Assembly (NCBI GenBank): GCA_035285125.1
Contig: JAYKHR010000066.1
Coordinates: 1 to 64,000, forward strand
Length of the DNA stretch: 64,000 bases
Direction: 5' to 3'
Origin: Candidatus Sericytochromatia bacterium
GTDB lineage: Bacteria; Cyanobacteriota; Sericytochromatia; S15B-MN24; JAQBPE01
Shown: positions 36,509 through 47,486 of the stretch, one piece after another
Layout of the letters: the number at the start of each line of letters is the position of its first letter
How positions within the stretch are numbered: position 1 is the first letter of the stretch
Position numbers and translations under genes: made by a program
The notes under the pieces: model-generated
Seen by the model: only the letters and a program-made list of their open reading frames with translations
Told to the model about the DNA's origin: nothing
Databases searched by the model: none

Positions 36509-38197
36509 TCACTCCAACCCGGTGATCCGAACCTCGGCCGGCCATTCGACGCGGTAGCCCCAGCCAATGGTCTTCTTCTCGCCCGGCTGCACCTGGAGTT
36601 GCCAGGCCACCTGACCCGGCGGTTGGTCCGCCAGGGGCGTCGGCGTCACCTGCTGGAGCGTCACCGTGACTTCCTCCTCGCTGGTCTGCGGGATCGACTC
36701 CACCACCCGCACGGCCTGGGGCAGGGCCTTGTAGTTGGTGACAAGGACCTCGTATCTGTAGCTGGCGAAGCCCCGCTTCTGCAGCAGGCCGTCCGTGCCC
36801 GTTCGCTTGGACAGTCGAGCCCGCTTCACGGCGATGCTGCGGTCGACCCCCATAGGCAGCGTGAAGCTCTGGGTGGGCGAAACCTCCTGCCCGAGCCCGA
36901 CGGTGCCCACATGGTCGCGGCCGACGAAGGCCTTGACCGGCCCCGGCAGCAAAGGCCAGGGCCCCGGGTGCGTCGCCTTCATCTCGAGGAAGGCATCCGT
37001 CGTCACGCGCGGCACCACCCGGTAGCTCGTCTCGGCCTTCATCGCAATGGACCCGATGGGCACCTGGTGGGGCTGACCATCGCTCGGCACATCCACGGCC
37101 CGGGGAATGTCGAGGGCCACAGAGGTACCCTGGTTGGATGCGACGGCAACGGCCTCGTTGGCCCTGACCCGCGGGGCGCCATCCGAAAGCTCTTCGCGCG
37201 CCCCAAGCTCGGCCACCTTCGCGGAGGCCCTGGGACGGCGCCCCGGCGCCGGGGCCGCGCCAGAGGGAGCCATCATTGCGGACTCCGGGTAGGGCAGGTA
37301 CTTGGAGAGGAACCACCTCACCGGCTCAGGTGGGGTGCTGCCGGCAGCCGGGCGCGCCGTCGAGAGCGTGAGCGCCACGCCCCGCCAGTCCTCTCCGGTG
37401 GACTGCCGGACGACGCCGTAGCTCCGCCACTCCAGGGCGTTGCCACGGGCGTCGAGCCGCGCATCGTGGGAGGGACTCCACGAGGCCTCATCGAGGCCGT
37501 ACTCCACGTCGAGCGTCAGCTTACCTGCCTGCAGGACCTCCACGAGGACCTCGATGCGGCTGAACTCCTCCTTGCGGAACCCCCGGAGGCGGTTGAGCTC
37601 CGCGCGCACGCGATCCAGTTCCTTGGCGATGTCCCTGCGTTGCCGATCAATGACCTGGATGGCCTTCGCCTGGCCAGCCTGCCGCGCCTCGAGGAAGGAG
37701 AGCAGCCCCTTCCAGGTCTCAACGTTGGCCTTGCCGGCCGAGAGCTGACCGGCAAGCCCGCCGGCGGCTTTGTCCGAGGTTTCCACCACGGTGTCGAGCT
37801 GCCGCTGGTGGACTGCGCGCTGGTCGGCCAGCGCGCGGTCCCGGTCTCCCAACGCGGCCAGCCGCTTTTCAAGCTCGGCGACGCGCGCGTGCGGGGGCGA
37901 GCCGACGGCCTCCACCCGCACATCCGAGCCATGCAGCAACACCCGCGCCGTGCCCTCACCGGACACCCGCAGCGCATTGGCATCCAACTCCCGCGGGAGC
38001 CGCGTGAAGGCCACGCGGTACTCCCCGGCAGCCAGATCGAGCTCTGCCTCGCGCCGAACGACGGCCCGGTCCGGGTACACCGTGACGCCGACGATGCGCC
38101 CCGCTGCGTCCAGCACCCTGGTCGAGGCCGCGGTGGCCCCGGGGGCGAGGCCTGCAAGCAGCATCGCCGTGAGCAGCGAGGTGCGGGCGAGGCTCAT
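36509..38197 (-). CDS. DUF4140/DUF4139 (MuiA-like) exported protein
   Basis: [12 protein letters not shown], coiled coil, [21 protein letters not shown] and a signal peptide. Confidence 0.92.
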   Translation of the reverse strand: MSLARTSLLTAMLLAGLAPGATAASTRVLDAAGRIVGVTVYPDRAVVRREAELDLAAGEYRVAFTRLPRELDANALRVSGEGTARVLLHGSDVRVEAVGSPPHARVAELEKRLAALGDRDRALADQRAVHQRQLDTVVETSDKAAGGLAGQLSAGKANVETWKGLLSFLEARQAGQAKAIQVIDRQRRDIAKELDRVRAELNRLRGFRKEEFSRIEVLVEVLQAGKLTLDVEYGLDEASWSPSHDARLDARGNALEWRSYGVVRQSTGEDWRGVALTLSTARPAAGSTPPEPVRWFLSKYLPYPESAMMAPSGAAPAPGRRPRASAKVAELGAREELSDGAPRVRANEAVAVASNQGTSVALDIPRAVDVPSDGQPHQVPIGSIAMKAETSYRVVPRVTTDAFLEMKATHPGPWPLLPGPVKAFVGRDHVGTVGLGQEVSPTQSFTLPMGVDRSIAVKRARLSKRTGTDGLLQKRGFASYRYEVLVTNYKALPQAVRVVESIPQTSEEEVTVTLQQVTPTPLADQPPGQVAWQLQVQPGEKKTIGWGYRVEWPAEVRITGLE

Positions 38198-39291
38198 GCG
38201 GACACGAGCTCCTTGTGGGCCGCCAGCACGGCGTCATGAGTGATGCGCCCATCCCGGACGTTGAGGCCCAGGGCGAGCGAGGCGTTCTCAGCCATCGCCC
38301 TGTCGGCCCCCTTGTTGGCCAGCTGCAGCATGTAGGGGAGGGTGGCGTTGTTGAGCGCAAAGGTGCTCGTGCGGGGCACGGCGCCCGGGATGTTGGCCAC
38401 GCCATAGTGGATCACGCCGTCCACCTCGAACACGGGGTCCGCGTGCGTCGTCGTCTTGATCGTCTCGATGCAGCCGCCCTGGTCGATGGCGATGTCCACC
38501 ACGACGGAGCCCCGCTTCATCGTCTTGATCATCTCGTGCGTGACCAGGCAGGGCGCCTTGGCGCCAGGGATCAGCACGGCGCCGATGACGAGGTCCGCCC
38601 CCTTGACCGCCCGGGCGATGTTGAGCGGGCTCGACATCTGGGTGATCACCCGGCCGTGCAGGACATCTTCGAGGTAGCGGAGCCGGTCAAGGTTGATGTC
38701 CAGGATCTGGACCTGGGCACCGAGGCCGAGGGCCATCTTGGCGGCGTGCGTGCCGCTGACGCCACCGCCGATCACCACCACGTCCGCGGGGGGCACGCCC
38801 GGCACGCCACCGAGCAACACGCCCCGCCCACCGTGCGCCTTCTCGAGGTAGTAGGCGCCGGCCTGCACGGACATCCGGCCCGCAATCTCGCTCATCGGCG
38901 TGAGGAGCGGCAAGGACCGGTCAGGGAGCTGGATCGTCTCGTAGGCGATCGCCGTGATGCCGCTCTTGAGCAAGGCCTCGGTGAGTTCGGCGCTCGCGGC
39001 GAGGTGCAAGTAGGTGAAGAGGAGGAGATCCTTGCGCAGGAAGCCGTACTCGGAGGGGATGGGCTCCTTGACCTTCACGACCATCTCCGCCTGGCCCCAG
39101 GCCTCGGCGGCCGTTTGCACGATCTCGGCGCCGGCGGCCACGTACTCGTCGTCGCGCATGCCGCTACCGTTTCCAGCGCCCGCCTGAACGAGCACGCGGT
39201 GCCCGGCCTGGGTCAGCGCCATGGTGCCAGCGGGCGTCAGCGCCACGCGGTTCTCACTGTTTTTGACTTCGGTGGGGACGCCGATGATCAC
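38194..39291 (-). CDS. ald: Alanine dehydrogenase
   Basis: [38 protein letters not shown] and GAVPRTST. Confidence 0.97.
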   Translation of the reverse strand: MIIGVPTEVKNSENRVALTPAGTMALTQAGHRVLVQAGAGNGSGMRDDEYVAAGAEIVQTAAEAWGQAEMVVKVKEPIPSEYGFLRKDLLLFTYLHLAASAELTEALLKSGITAIAYETIQLPDRSLPLLTPMSEIAGRMSVQAGAYYLEKAHGGRGVLLGGVPGVPPADVVVIGGGVSGTHAAKMALGLGAQVQILDINLDRLRYLEDVLHGRVITQMSSPLNIARAVKGADLVIGAVLIPGAKAPCLVTHEMIKTMKRGSVVVDIAIDQGGCIETIKTTTHADPVFEVDGVIHYGVANIPGAVPRTSTFALNNATLPYMLQLANKGADRAMAENASLALGLNVRDGRITHDAVLAAHKELVSA

Positions 39292-39397
39292 GCGCGGATC
39301 TCCTTGCAAGTGGCGGCCGCGACGTTGCGGCAGCGAGGGGAACCGGGCACCCGACACACGGGCGCCCGAGCGCAGATTATAGCAGGTTGGCGGCGCG

Positions 39398-40969
39398 TCA
39401 GCGCTTGCCCTGCGAGGGGCGATCCCCGCCTGGCACCAGCACCTGAGCCTGCTTGGGGCCAAGCTTGAGCGTCACACGGCGATCGGTCACGACCACCTCG
39501 CCCCCTCCCAGGCGATCCCGCAGCCGCGTGCCCGGGGCGATCGCGCTCTCTGCGCGAAGCGGCATCGTGACCTGGACATGCCGGTCCGAGTTGTTCAGCG
39601 CCACAATAACCTCGTCGCGGGTGCGACCATGGTCTCCACCGACCCGGCTGAAGGCGTAGACGGCATCGTCCTGCCACATCTCCAGCATGCGCCCACGCCG
39701 GAGGGGGCTCAACTCGCGGCGTAGCGCCGTCAGGTTCTTGACGTAAGACGTCAGCTTCGGGTTCGCGCCAAAGGCCATATCCTGCCGGTTCTCAGGCTCA
39801 CCTGCCCCGTCCATCCCGACCTCCGTCCCGTAGTAAACGGACGGGATGCCCCGGGCCGTCATCAGGAACGCCAGCGCCAGCCGCAAGCGCCGCTCGTCGT
39901 GGTTGGCCACGCTCAGGAACCGAGGCACGTCGTGGTTGTCGATGAAGGTCGTGAGAAGGGAGGGGTCCTGGTAAGCCCCGTCCTGCCGGAGGCGCTCCCC
40001 GAGCTTGCGCATCGACTGCCCGCGGGCAAAGACGTCCGTCATCGTGAAGTACATCGGGAAGTCGAAGACGGTGTCGAACCGACCCTCGCGGGTGTAGGGG
40101 GCGACGTAGTTGGGGTCGCCGTTGAGCACCTCCCCGAGCATCAGGAAGTCGCTGCCCGTGTGCTGGGCCAGACGGGTGTTGAACTGGCGCCAGAAGGGGA
40201 TCGGCACGTGCTTCACGGTGTCGACGCGGTAGCCGTCCACGCCCGAGCGCTCAGCCCAGTCGGTCCAGGTGCGGGCCATGAAGTCCAGCACGGCAGGGTT
40301 CTCCGTGTTGAAGTCCGGCAACCCGTGAATGTCGTGGTTCTCGAGCTGGTACTGATCGTTCCAGTTGTTGATGTTGCCGTTGTGGTGGAACCAGTCCTTC
40401 TTGGCCGGGTCCAGGGTGATGGGGGCTCCGTAGCCCGCGTGGTTGACCACGATGTCGAGCATCACCTTGATGCCCATCTTGTGGGCCTCGGCGACCAGAC
40501 GCCGGAGCAACGCCTCGTCGCCAAGGTGCTCGTCGACCCGGTTGAAGTCTGTGATCCAGTAGCCGTGGAAGCCCCAGTACTTGTCGACGAAGGCGTCTTC
40601 CCGGTTGTCCTGGACGGGCGTGATCCAGATGGCCGTGGCCCCGAGATCCTTGATGTAGGGGAGCTTCTGGATCAACCCGGCGAAGTCGCCGCCGTGGTAG
40701 GCGTGGGGGTCGCGCGGCCGGACGGCGCGATCGTTGCCACGGTCTCCGTTGTGGAAACGATCCGTGAGGACGAAGTAGATCACCTCGTCGCGCCACCGCG
40801 TGAGCTGTTTTCCGCGCTTGCTCGCTTCGACCCCGGCAGAGGCCTTGCGGGCCAGCCCCGGCAGCGGCATCGTGCCACAGCCTGCCAGCAGCGCCAGGCA
40901 CGCCATGGCGGCTGCGAAACCGCGCTTGATGTTTGCAGAGTGGCAGCCAGGCACCTGGGGTCTCCTCAT
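39398..40969 (-). CDS. GH13 alpha-amylase-family lipoprotein
   Basis: [28 protein letters not shown] and FIDNHD; lipobox LAGC. The start may be about 60 nt downstream. Confidence 0.93.
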   Translation of the reverse strand: MRRPQVPGCHSANIKRGFAAAMACLALLAGCGTMPLPGLARKASAGVEASKRGKQLTRWRDEVIYFVLTDRFHNGDRGNDRAVRPRDPHAYHGGDFAGLIQKLPYIKDLGATAIWITPVQDNREDAFVDKYWGFHGYWITDFNRVDEHLGDEALLRRLVAEAHKMGIKVMLDIVVNHAGYGAPITLDPAKKDWFHHNGNINNWNDQYQLENHDIHGLPDFNTENPAVLDFMARTWTDWAERSGVDGYRVDTVKHVPIPFWRQFNTRLAQHTGSDFLMLGEVLNGDPNYVAPYTREGRFDTVFDFPMYFTMTDVFARGQSMRKLGERLRQDGAYQDPSLLTTFIDNHDVPRFLSVANHDERRLRLALAFLMTARGIPSVYYGTEVGMDGAGEPENRQDMAFGANPKLTSYVKNLTALRRELSPLRRGRMLEMWQDDAVYAFSRVGGDHGRTRDEVIVALNNSDRHVQVTMPLRAESAIAPGTRLRDRLGGGEVVVTDRRVTLKLGPKQAQVLVPGGDRPSQGKR

Positions 40970-41032
40970 CGAGTCACAGTGGAACCGGTGTCCCCATTAT
41001 AGAGGTTAAGACGGAAGGACTTTCGTGTTAAA

Positions 41033-41048
41033 TGTCAGCATATTGACA
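41033..41048. promoter_or_regulatory. Palindrome TGTCA-N6-TGACA (CRP/FNR-superfamily geometry)
   Basis: TGTCA GCATAT TGACA in the AT-rich gap between divergent genes. Confidence 0.5.
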
Positions 41049-41156
41049 GATTGATGAAACGGCGGGTCCGGCGCTCGCCGCGGTCACAGATCGCGATCGC
41101 GCTGGCAGTGGTAGCATGGGCGGTGACCCCCAGCCCTCGGACGCCGAGACACCACC

Positions 41157-42395
41157 TTGACCACGCGCCGCCCCCATCGCCTCCTTGCCCCCCAACTCCT
41201 GCGACGCCACCTGCCGGGCGCCGTGTTGGCGCTGTGCCTCGGCCTGGCCCCGATGACCGCTGGCCACGCCGCAGGCGTCTCCGCGGCGGTGGGTCAGACG
41301 GCGCCTTTGCCGGGCGTCAGGGCCAACGGCGGCGCGCTGGCCCTCGTGGGGCGCGGCGAGGAGGCCGCTGTTCGCCTGTACGGCGAGCCGGAGCAGGTGA
41401 CGGAATACGAGACGATCTACAACCTGGCGGGCCAGCGGCCCCTGCGGTGGATGCTCTACCAGCGGGAGGCGCTGTTCATAGGGGTCGACAAGGCTGGCAA
41501 GATCGCGGCCGTGCTGCTGCTGCCCTCCTTTGACGAGCCGTTGCCGGGCGGACTCCGGCTCGAGATGCCCAGGACCCGGGTGATGCAGCTGATGGGCAGA
41601 CCGGACCACACCATCGATGAGGAAGCTGGCACCCGCCGGCTGATATACGTGCGTCAGGCTTTCGACCTCACCTTCGATGGCCGCAGCGACACCCTGGTGC
41701 AGGTCCTGTACTACCCGATGCTGCGTCAACTCGCGGCCCAGTTGTCCCGCCAAGCCGTGGCCTCGCCGCGTCCAACGCCCACGCCCGTTGCCACCGCCCC
41801 CCGGCGAGCAACCCCCACCCCGAAGCCGACGCCCACCCCGAGGCCCACGCCCACCCCCACCCCGAGGCCCACGCCGACGCCAACGCCTACGCCAAAGCCT
41901 ACGCCGAAGCCGACCCCCAAGCCGTCGTCCTCGCCGCGTTCCGCGCTGAAGGCGCGAACCCTACCGCCTGTCTCGACCTTCGTGGGCAAGGCGGGGTCTG
42001 CCTCGGTCGTCGGGTTGGTGTCCTACTTCCGCACCGACTCGGGCGAAATCCAGTACCTGCATGGCGTGCAGTTCTACGTCGCCACGGAGCCCCTCGATGC
42101 GGGCTTGGCTTCCGGCGCTCGGCCCGTGCCTCGGGCTCAGTGGGAGGTGGTCAAGCTCCGTCACCGGGCGCGCATCTGGGACCTGATTCGCAACGGCAAG
42201 ATCGTCAGCGGCATCGAGTCGGACAGGTTCGGGCGCTTCAAGTTCCAGGCACTGCCCGAAGGGGCCTTCCACCTCATCGGCATCTTCGAGGACGGCGGCA
42301 GGTACATGGTGTGGCAACGCCCGCTGACGCTGGCCCCCAACCGTCAGTTCCGCACCTACCTCAACCGCAACAACGTCTCGCTCTCGAGCCAGTAG
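41157..42395 (+). CDS. Secreted two-domain hypothetical protein with Pro/Thr/Lys linker
   Basis: Signal peptide ending AGHA, a (PT)n linker and a beta-sandwich-like C-terminus (SDRFGRFKFQALPEG). Start is uncertain. Confidence 0.75.
   Translation: MTTRRPHRLLAPQLLRRHLPGAVLALCLGLAPMTAGHAAGVSAAVGQTAPLPGVRANGGALALVGRGEEAAVRLYGEPEQVTEYETIYNLAGQRPLRWMLYQREALFIGVDKAGKIAAVLLLPSFDEPLPGGLRLEMPRTRVMQLMGRPDHTIDEEAGTRRLIYVRQAFDLTFDGRSDTLVQVLYYPMLRQLAAQLSRQAVASPRPTPTPVATAPRRATPTPKPTPTPRPTPTPTPRPTPTPTPTPKPTPKPTPKPSSSPRSALKARTLPPVSTFVGKAGSASVVGLVSYFRTDSGEIQYLHGVQFYVATEPLDAGLASGARPVPRAQWEVVKLRHRARIWDLIRNGKIVSGIESDRFGRFKFQALPEGAFHLIGIFEDGGRYMVWQRPLTLAPNRQFRTYLNRNNVSLSSQ
41811..41924 (+). repeat. Low-complexity coding repeat for a (PT/PK/PR)n linker
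   Basis: Degenerate ACN-CCN hexamer array. Confidence 0.8.
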
Positions 42396-42408
42396 GCCGT
42401 CTGACAGG

Positions 42409-43209
42409 TCAGAAGGCGACGATGGCAGACGCTCTCAGGACCTGCATCGGCCACTCGATGCGGGGCTTGGCCGGCGTCCCGCCGGCAGGCTCCGGCGGTC
42501 CCACGTCTTGGCCCATCTCGACCTGCACCGAGAAGCCGTCCGAAGGCTGAAGCCGCAGGCCCCCGCCATAGCTCCAGGACCCATCCGTCGGGGTCATTTT
42601 CTTCGAATCCATGCGGAGGTGGGAGTGGGCGCCGATGCTCACCCAGTCCCAGGGCCGAAGCTCGATGCCGCCAGAACCCTCGACGATGGGTTGGTCGTTG
42701 AACATGTAGTAGCCGCCCCCCGCCACGTGCAACGTGAAGGGCCCCGCCTCGTAGATGCACGGCGCCAGGACGTGTACCAGCGGCCTTCGGCTGATCAGGC
42801 CATAGCCGACGCTTGCCTGCATCAGGGCCTGAAGGTACTCGCCCCCCCATGGCGCGTCAGCCCGCAGGAACTGCCTCCGGTAGCCGGCCTGCACGTTTTG
42901 GCCGAGCCGCACGAGGGCCTCGTTGCCATCCGGCAGGCCGTGCTGAACCCGCAGGGAGGGCCAGGCGGGAATCGCCTCGAGGCGTCCCAGGATGCCCTGC
43001 TCTTCCTCGTTCGAGGGCCCCACTGAGCCATCGAGCCGTGGCTGCCAGGCGCCAACTTCCACCAGCCAACGCCCCACACCGACGGTGCGAGCCGACTCGC
43101 CATCCGACCCCAGCGGCCGGTTGCCCAGCGGCGCGGCCTGCGCCGGTGCCGAGAGGACCAGGCCAAGGGCCATCGCCACCACCGAGAGGCGCTCAGCGCG
43201 GCTCGTCAT
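42409..43209 (-). CDS. Putative outer-membrane beta-barrel protein
   Basis: Signal peptide ending AQA, alternating beta strands and a C-terminal Phe (ASAIVAF). Confidence 0.65.
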   Translation of the reverse strand: MTSRAERLSVVAMALGLVLSAPAQAAPLGNRPLGSDGESARTVGVGRWLVEVGAWQPRLDGSVGPSNEEEQGILGRLEAIPAWPSLRVQHGLPDGNEALVRLGQNVQAGYRRQFLRADAPWGGEYLQALMQASVGYGLISRRPLVHVLAPCIYEAGPFTLHVAGGGYYMFNDQPIVEGSGGIELRPWDWVSIGAHSHLRMDSKKMTPTDGSWSYGGGLRLQPSDGFSVQVEMGQDVGPPEPAGGTPAKPRIEWPMQVLRASAIVAF

Positions 43210-43489
43210 GAAACTTCTTGATGGTCCAGTCGATGTTCGAGAGGCTGTAGCCGAAGAAAGCCAGGCCGTACACGACGGCCAGCATCGGCGACCCGAGGCG
43301 GTCAACCAGTCCGAACTGGACGGCAGTCCACGCGCAGACGGCAAGCAGGGCGGCATTGATGGCAACGCCCTGCACCAGCGCGAACCGCCCCAAGTAACCC
43401 TGGTCGAGACGCCGCACCACGGCCCACCTGGCCAGCAGAGCGGCGACCGTCGCCACCACACCGAGCAGAGAGGCCAGCGCCAGCCACAT
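43193..43489 (-). CDS. Small three-TM membrane protein
   Basis: ATG overlaps the gdhA stop (TGATG); hydrophobic segments. Confidence 0.7.
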   Translation of the reverse strand: MWLALASLLGVVATVAALLARWAVVRRLDQGYLGRFALVQGVAINAALLAVCAWTAVQFGLVDRLGSPMLAVVYGLAFFGYSLSNIDWTIKKFHDEPR

Positions 43490-44751
43490 CAGGGGTAGAG
43501 GCCCCTGACCCGGGTGGCCTCCGCGACGGCCCCCACGCCCACCGAGTAGGCCGCCATCCGGAAGGAAAGCTTGCGCTGGTCCACGAGTTGGGCGACCTGA
43601 GAGAAGGCCCGGGTCAGGACGCGCCGCAGGCGGTCGTTGACCTCCTCTTCCGTCCAGAAGAGTTGGCTCATGCCCTGGACCCACTCGAAGTAGCTCACGA
43701 CCACGCCGCCGGCGTTGGCCAGGATGTCAGGCACCACCACCACCCCGCGTTGCTCCAGAATGGCCTCGCCAGCCGGCGTGGTCGGCGCGTTGGCCGCCTC
43801 GATGATGAACTCGGCCTTGATCCGGTCGGCGTTCTCAGCGGTGATGACGCTCTCCAGAGCGGCTGGAATGAGGACGTCGCAGGGCATCACGAGCAGATCC
43901 GCGTTCGACACCGGCTCAGCGCTCGCGTAACCCTCAAACGAGCCGTGCTCCTTGTAGTGGGCCATCACGGCGGGGATGTCCAGCCCTTCGGGGCGCTGGA
44001 TGCCACCCCGCCAGTCGCTGACGGCCACCACCTTGGCGCCCATCTGGTGCAGCAGGATGGCCGTGACACCGCCCACGTTCCCGAACCCTTGGATGGCCAC
44101 GCGCGTGCCGGCAACCTTCCGGCCGGCGTGCCGAAGCGTCTCGTCGAGGATGATGGTCACGCCCCGACCGGTCGCCTCGTTGCGACCGAGCGACCCGCCG
44201 ATGCAGATCGGCTTGCCCGTCACGACACCGGGCACCGCGTAGCCCTTGTTGACGCTGAAGGTGTCCATAATCCAGGCCATCTCGCGCGGGCCGGTGTTCA
44301 CGTCCGGCGCCGGGATGTCCTTGTTGGGATCGATGATGGGAATGAGGTCCGAGGTGAACCGCCGAGTCAGCCGCTCGAGTTCGCCCAGCGACATCTCTCG
44401 GGGGTCCACGGTGATGCCGCCCTTGGCGCCCCCGAAGGGCAAGCCCACGAGGGCACACTTCCACGTCATCAGCATGGCCAGGGCGGTGAACTCGTCCATC
44501 TCCGCATGATGATGGAACCGGAGGCCACCCTTGTAGGGGCCCAGGGCATTGTTGTGCTGGACCCGGTAGCCCGTGAAGACCCGAATGCTGCCATCATCCA
44601 TCCTCACGGGGGAGTGGACGGTGACGATGCGGTCTGGGTGCGCCAGGCGGTTGAAAACGCTCTGCCCGAGCCCCATCAGGTCGATGACCTTGGCCAGTTG
44701 CTGGCGGGCGCCTTGCAGGGGGGACTCGGCCTTGGATTCGGTCAGCAGCAT
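43489..44751 (-). CDS. gdhA: Glu/Leu/Phe/Val dehydrogenase (glutamate dehydrogenase)
   Basis: GPYKGGLRF, FGGAKGG, DIPAPDVNT, QGFGNVG and NAGGVVVSYFEW. Confidence 0.95.
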   Translation of the reverse strand: MLLTESKAESPLQGARQQLAKVIDLMGLGQSVFNRLAHPDRIVTVHSPVRMDDGSIRVFTGYRVQHNNALGPYKGGLRFHHHAEMDEFTALAMLMTWKCALVGLPFGGAKGGITVDPREMSLGELERLTRRFTSDLIPIIDPNKDIPAPDVNTGPREMAWIMDTFSVNKGYAVPGVVTGKPICIGGSLGRNEATGRGVTIILDETLRHAGRKVAGTRVAIQGFGNVGGVTAILLHQMGAKVVAVSDWRGGIQRPEGLDIPAVMAHYKEHGSFEGYASAEPVSNADLLVMPCDVLIPAALESVITAENADRIKAEFIIEAANAPTTPAGEAILEQRGVVVVPDILANAGGVVVSYFEWVQGMSQLFWTEEEVNDRLRRVLTRAFSQVAQLVDQRKLSFRMAAYSVGVGAVAEATRVRGLYP

Positions 44752-44942
44752 CGGGATCCTCGTCGACGCACCCGCACCACTCGCGGGGATGGCGCCGACG
44801 CCCTCGTCGGCACGCCCGATGGTACCACGGCCGCTTTCTGAGCCGCAATCGCGCGGTTGGCCCCCTCCGTGACCACCCGCACCCGGCCCCTTGCGCTGTT
44901 GCAGTATCATGCAAGGGTCGGCCCCTCGGCTCAGGGATCACC

Positions 44943-45629
44943 ATGGCCAGCGACCTCGAGACCCGCATCGAACTCGTCGGCACCCGCACGGCGCGCGCCA
45001 GGCTCGTCGATGGGGTCTTGCGGGTACGGATGCCGGCGCACTGGCCCCGGGAACACCAGGAGAGCACCCTGGCCCGGTTCCAGCGCTGGGCGGCCCGCCA
45101 GCTCGCCCGGGTCCGCGCCCTGCCCCCGCTCGCGCCTGGCGAGGGCAAGCGATGGGGGGAAGCCGAATTCGGGGCCTACGTGGCGCGCCTCAACGCCGAG
45201 ACCCTGCGGGCGCCTCTCGCAGCGGTGCGCATCGGCCGGGCGCGCCACACGAGGCTGGCCCAGGCGAACACCCGCACGGGTGTGCTCACGTTCTCCCGCT
45301 TCGCCATCGACGGGATGCCGGAACAGGCCCTGCGCTACCTCGTCCTGCACGAGCTCGCCCACCTGTTCGAGGCGAACCACTCGGCGCGCTTCTGGGCCCT
45401 GGTCGCGCGCCACGAGCCCGACTGGCGCAGCCAGCGCCGCATTGCCCAGGCCCACCACGCCCGCATGGTCGAGGCTGGAAACCAGCCCGCAGCAGCCGAA
45501 GAGCAGCCAGCGTCCGTCCCCGATGGGGTTTCGGGAGCCCCTGGGCTGGGAACAGCCGACGACCCGCCTGCCAGGGACGCCGAGGGTCACCCCTTCGGGC
45601 CCCTGTTCGCCTTCGTTTCCTCTCGCTAA
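44943..45629 (+). CDS. YgjP/DUF45-like zincin metallohydrolase
   Basis: YLVLHELAHLFEANHSARFWALV. Confidence 0.88.
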   Translation: MASDLETRIELVGTRTARARLVDGVLRVRMPAHWPREHQESTLARFQRWAARQLARVRALPPLAPGEGKRWGEAEFGAYVARLNAETLRAPLAAVRIGRARHTRLAQANTRTGVLTFSRFAIDGMPEQALRYLVLHELAHLFEANHSARFWALVARHEPDWRSQRRIAQAHHARMVEAGNQPAAAEEQPASVPDGVSGAPGLGTADDPPARDAEGHPFGPLFAFVSSR

Positions 45630-45705
45630 AGCCTTTCGTGCATCTCGGGGCTCTCCCCGCGATCTCTCCCCCCGCACCATGGCCGGACCCGGCAGGAGGG
45701 GAGCG

Positions 45706-46899
45706 ATGGACTGGCACCTTGTGGGATTGGGTCTTGGTGTGGCCTTCATCGGCTACACCTACCTCGGATACGGCGTGCTGATGGCGGGCCTGGCGAGGCT
45801 GGTGGGGCGTGCTCCCAGCCATACGTCCCGCTTGCCGCGCGTCAGCCTCATCATCGCCGCCTGCGACGAGGCGGCCATCCTGGAGGGCAAGCTCCAGAAC
45901 ACGCTCGCCCTGGACTACCCCGCGGACCTGCTGGAGGTGATCGTGGCGGCCGACGGCAGCCGCGACGGGACCGTTGCGGTTGCTGAGCGCTTTCGGGCTG
46001 CGGGTGTCCGGGTGCTGCACGAGCCTGCCCGGCGCGGCAAGAACCATGCGGTGAACCGGGCGGTGGCGTGTGCCAGCGGCGAGATCGTCGTCCTGTCCGA
46101 CGCCAACGCCTTCTACCGTGAGGACGCCCTGAGGATGCTCGTGCGCAACTTCGGGGATGAGCGGGTCGCCCTCGTCGCTGGCGCCAAACGGGTCGTTGGG
46201 GAGGGCCAGGCTGCCGCTGAGGCCGAGGGCCTGTACTGGCGCTACGAGTCCTGGCTGAAGGTGGCCGACTCGCGGGTGTCCTCGGTGCTCGGGGCCGCCG
46301 GCGAGATCCTGGCCGTGCGTCGCAGCGCCTGGTTGCCTCCGCCCGAGGGAGTCGTGATCGAGGATTTCTGGCTCACGCTTGCCCTGCTCCGACAAGGGCA
46401 CCGGGCCGTCTATGAGCCAGAGGCCGTCGCCACGGAGCTCGGGGCGCCCGCCATGGCCGATGAGTGGGAGAGACGCGTGCGCATCTCGGCCGGCGGGTGG
46501 CAGGCCCTGGTCGATCATCGCGAGTTGCTCTCGCCCCGCTGGGGGCTGCTGGCCTTCCAGCTCTGGTCCCACCGCGTGGCCCGCTGGGTGGTGGTGCCCC
46601 CGCTGCTGCCGCTGCTCGCCTGGCTCACGTGGACGAGCCAGCCGGCTCCCGTGGCCCGCCTGCTCGGTGGCCTGGAGCTTGCGGCCGTGGCCCTCGCCGC
46701 CGTCGGGTGGGCCTTGGAGCGACTGGGGCTTTCGGCCAGGTCGACCACCCTGCCTTACTGGCTGTTGATGACCAACGCAGCGGCCCTGGCGGGGGCGTGG
46801 CGGTTCTGGACGCGGCAACAACCGGCGGCCTGGGCCCGCGTCAGGCGGACGGCCGGTGTCCCGGCCACCACCCCGTGCCCCCAGCGCCGGCCACGTTAG
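45706..46899 (+). CDS. Family 2 glycosyltransferase with C-terminal TM segments
   Basis: DGSRDGT, GKNHA, LSDAN, YWRYE, IEDF and RRVRISAG. Confidence 0.93.
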   Translation: MDWHLVGLGLGVAFIGYTYLGYGVLMAGLARLVGRAPSHTSRLPRVSLIIAACDEAAILEGKLQNTLALDYPADLLEVIVAADGSRDGTVAVAERFRAAGVRVLHEPARRGKNHAVNRAVACASGEIVVLSDANAFYREDALRMLVRNFGDERVALVAGAKRVVGEGQAAAEAEGLYWRYESWLKVADSRVSSVLGAAGEILAVRRSAWLPPPEGVVIEDFWLTLALLRQGHRAVYEPEAVATELGAPAMADEWERRVRISAGGWQALVDHRELLSPRWGLLAFQLWSHRVARWVVVPPLLPLLAWLTWTSQPAPVARLLGGLELAAVALAAVGWALERLGLSARSTTLPYWLLMTNAAALAGAWRFWTRQQPAAWARVRRTAGVPATTPCPQRRPR

Positions 46900-46906
46900 G
46901 CGCGAT

Positions 46907-47359
46907 TCACAGAGGAGCTGACGAAGGCTCGACGTCCAGGGGGGAACCACCCGTGGCCGGCTCGGGGGCTTCCGCCGGGGGGCTCGTGCAGGCCCGCCGG
47001 CCCCGCAGCACCCGCCAGCCCGCCGCGACCCCAGCGGCCGCCGCAAGCACGCGGAGCGACCCCTCCTGCAGCACCACCCGCCGAACCTCGCCAGCCACGT
47101 GCTCGGCGCGTTGGACCCCGCGTTGCGCTGCGGCCACAATTTCGTGGGCTTCCTGAACCGTCTCATCCGTGTTTCGGGTCAGCAACTCGAGCTGGCTCAG
47201 GTTGGCCTGGAGGGCTTTGGCCGAGGCCGTGAGCTCTGGCAACAACTCCTGCCGGACCTGCTGCAGGAGCCGGCCGAGCTGCCAGGAGGCCCACAGGAAC
47301 CCGCCCCCGAGGCAGGCGAGCGCCGCCACCGCCGCCACTCCCACCGCTGTCTGCGCCAT
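46907..47359 (-). CDS. DUF948-like membrane-anchored coiled-coil protein
   Basis: N-terminal TM helix followed by a heptad region; GGAGG SD. Confidence 0.65.
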   Translation of the reverse strand: MAQTAVGVAAVAALACLGGGFLWASWQLGRLLQQVRQELLPELTASAKALQANLSQLELLTRNTDETVQEAHEIVAAAQRGVQRAEHVAGEVRRVVLQEGSLRVLAAAAGVAAGWRVLRGRRACTSPPAEAPEPATGGSPLDVEPSSAPL

Positions 47360-47486
47360 GCGACCTCCCACCGGCTCGCGCGAACCGCCACCACGACCAG
47401 TAAACGAACAAAGGCCGGTCACCGTCAATCCGTTCGGGCGTGCACTGACCGGATTCGCCGGGTAAGCTGGGACCGGGTTCTCCAAC

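Noticed and set aside
41811..41924. CRISPR or non-coding repeat array
   Set aside because: It is a degenerate in-frame Pro/Thr linker with no repeat-spacer structure and no cas genes.
47460..47467. GGGTAAG SigF-type -10 before the Wzy-like gene
   Set aside because: It is short and equally explained as a TAAGCT sigma70 -10, so it is not supportable without TSS data.
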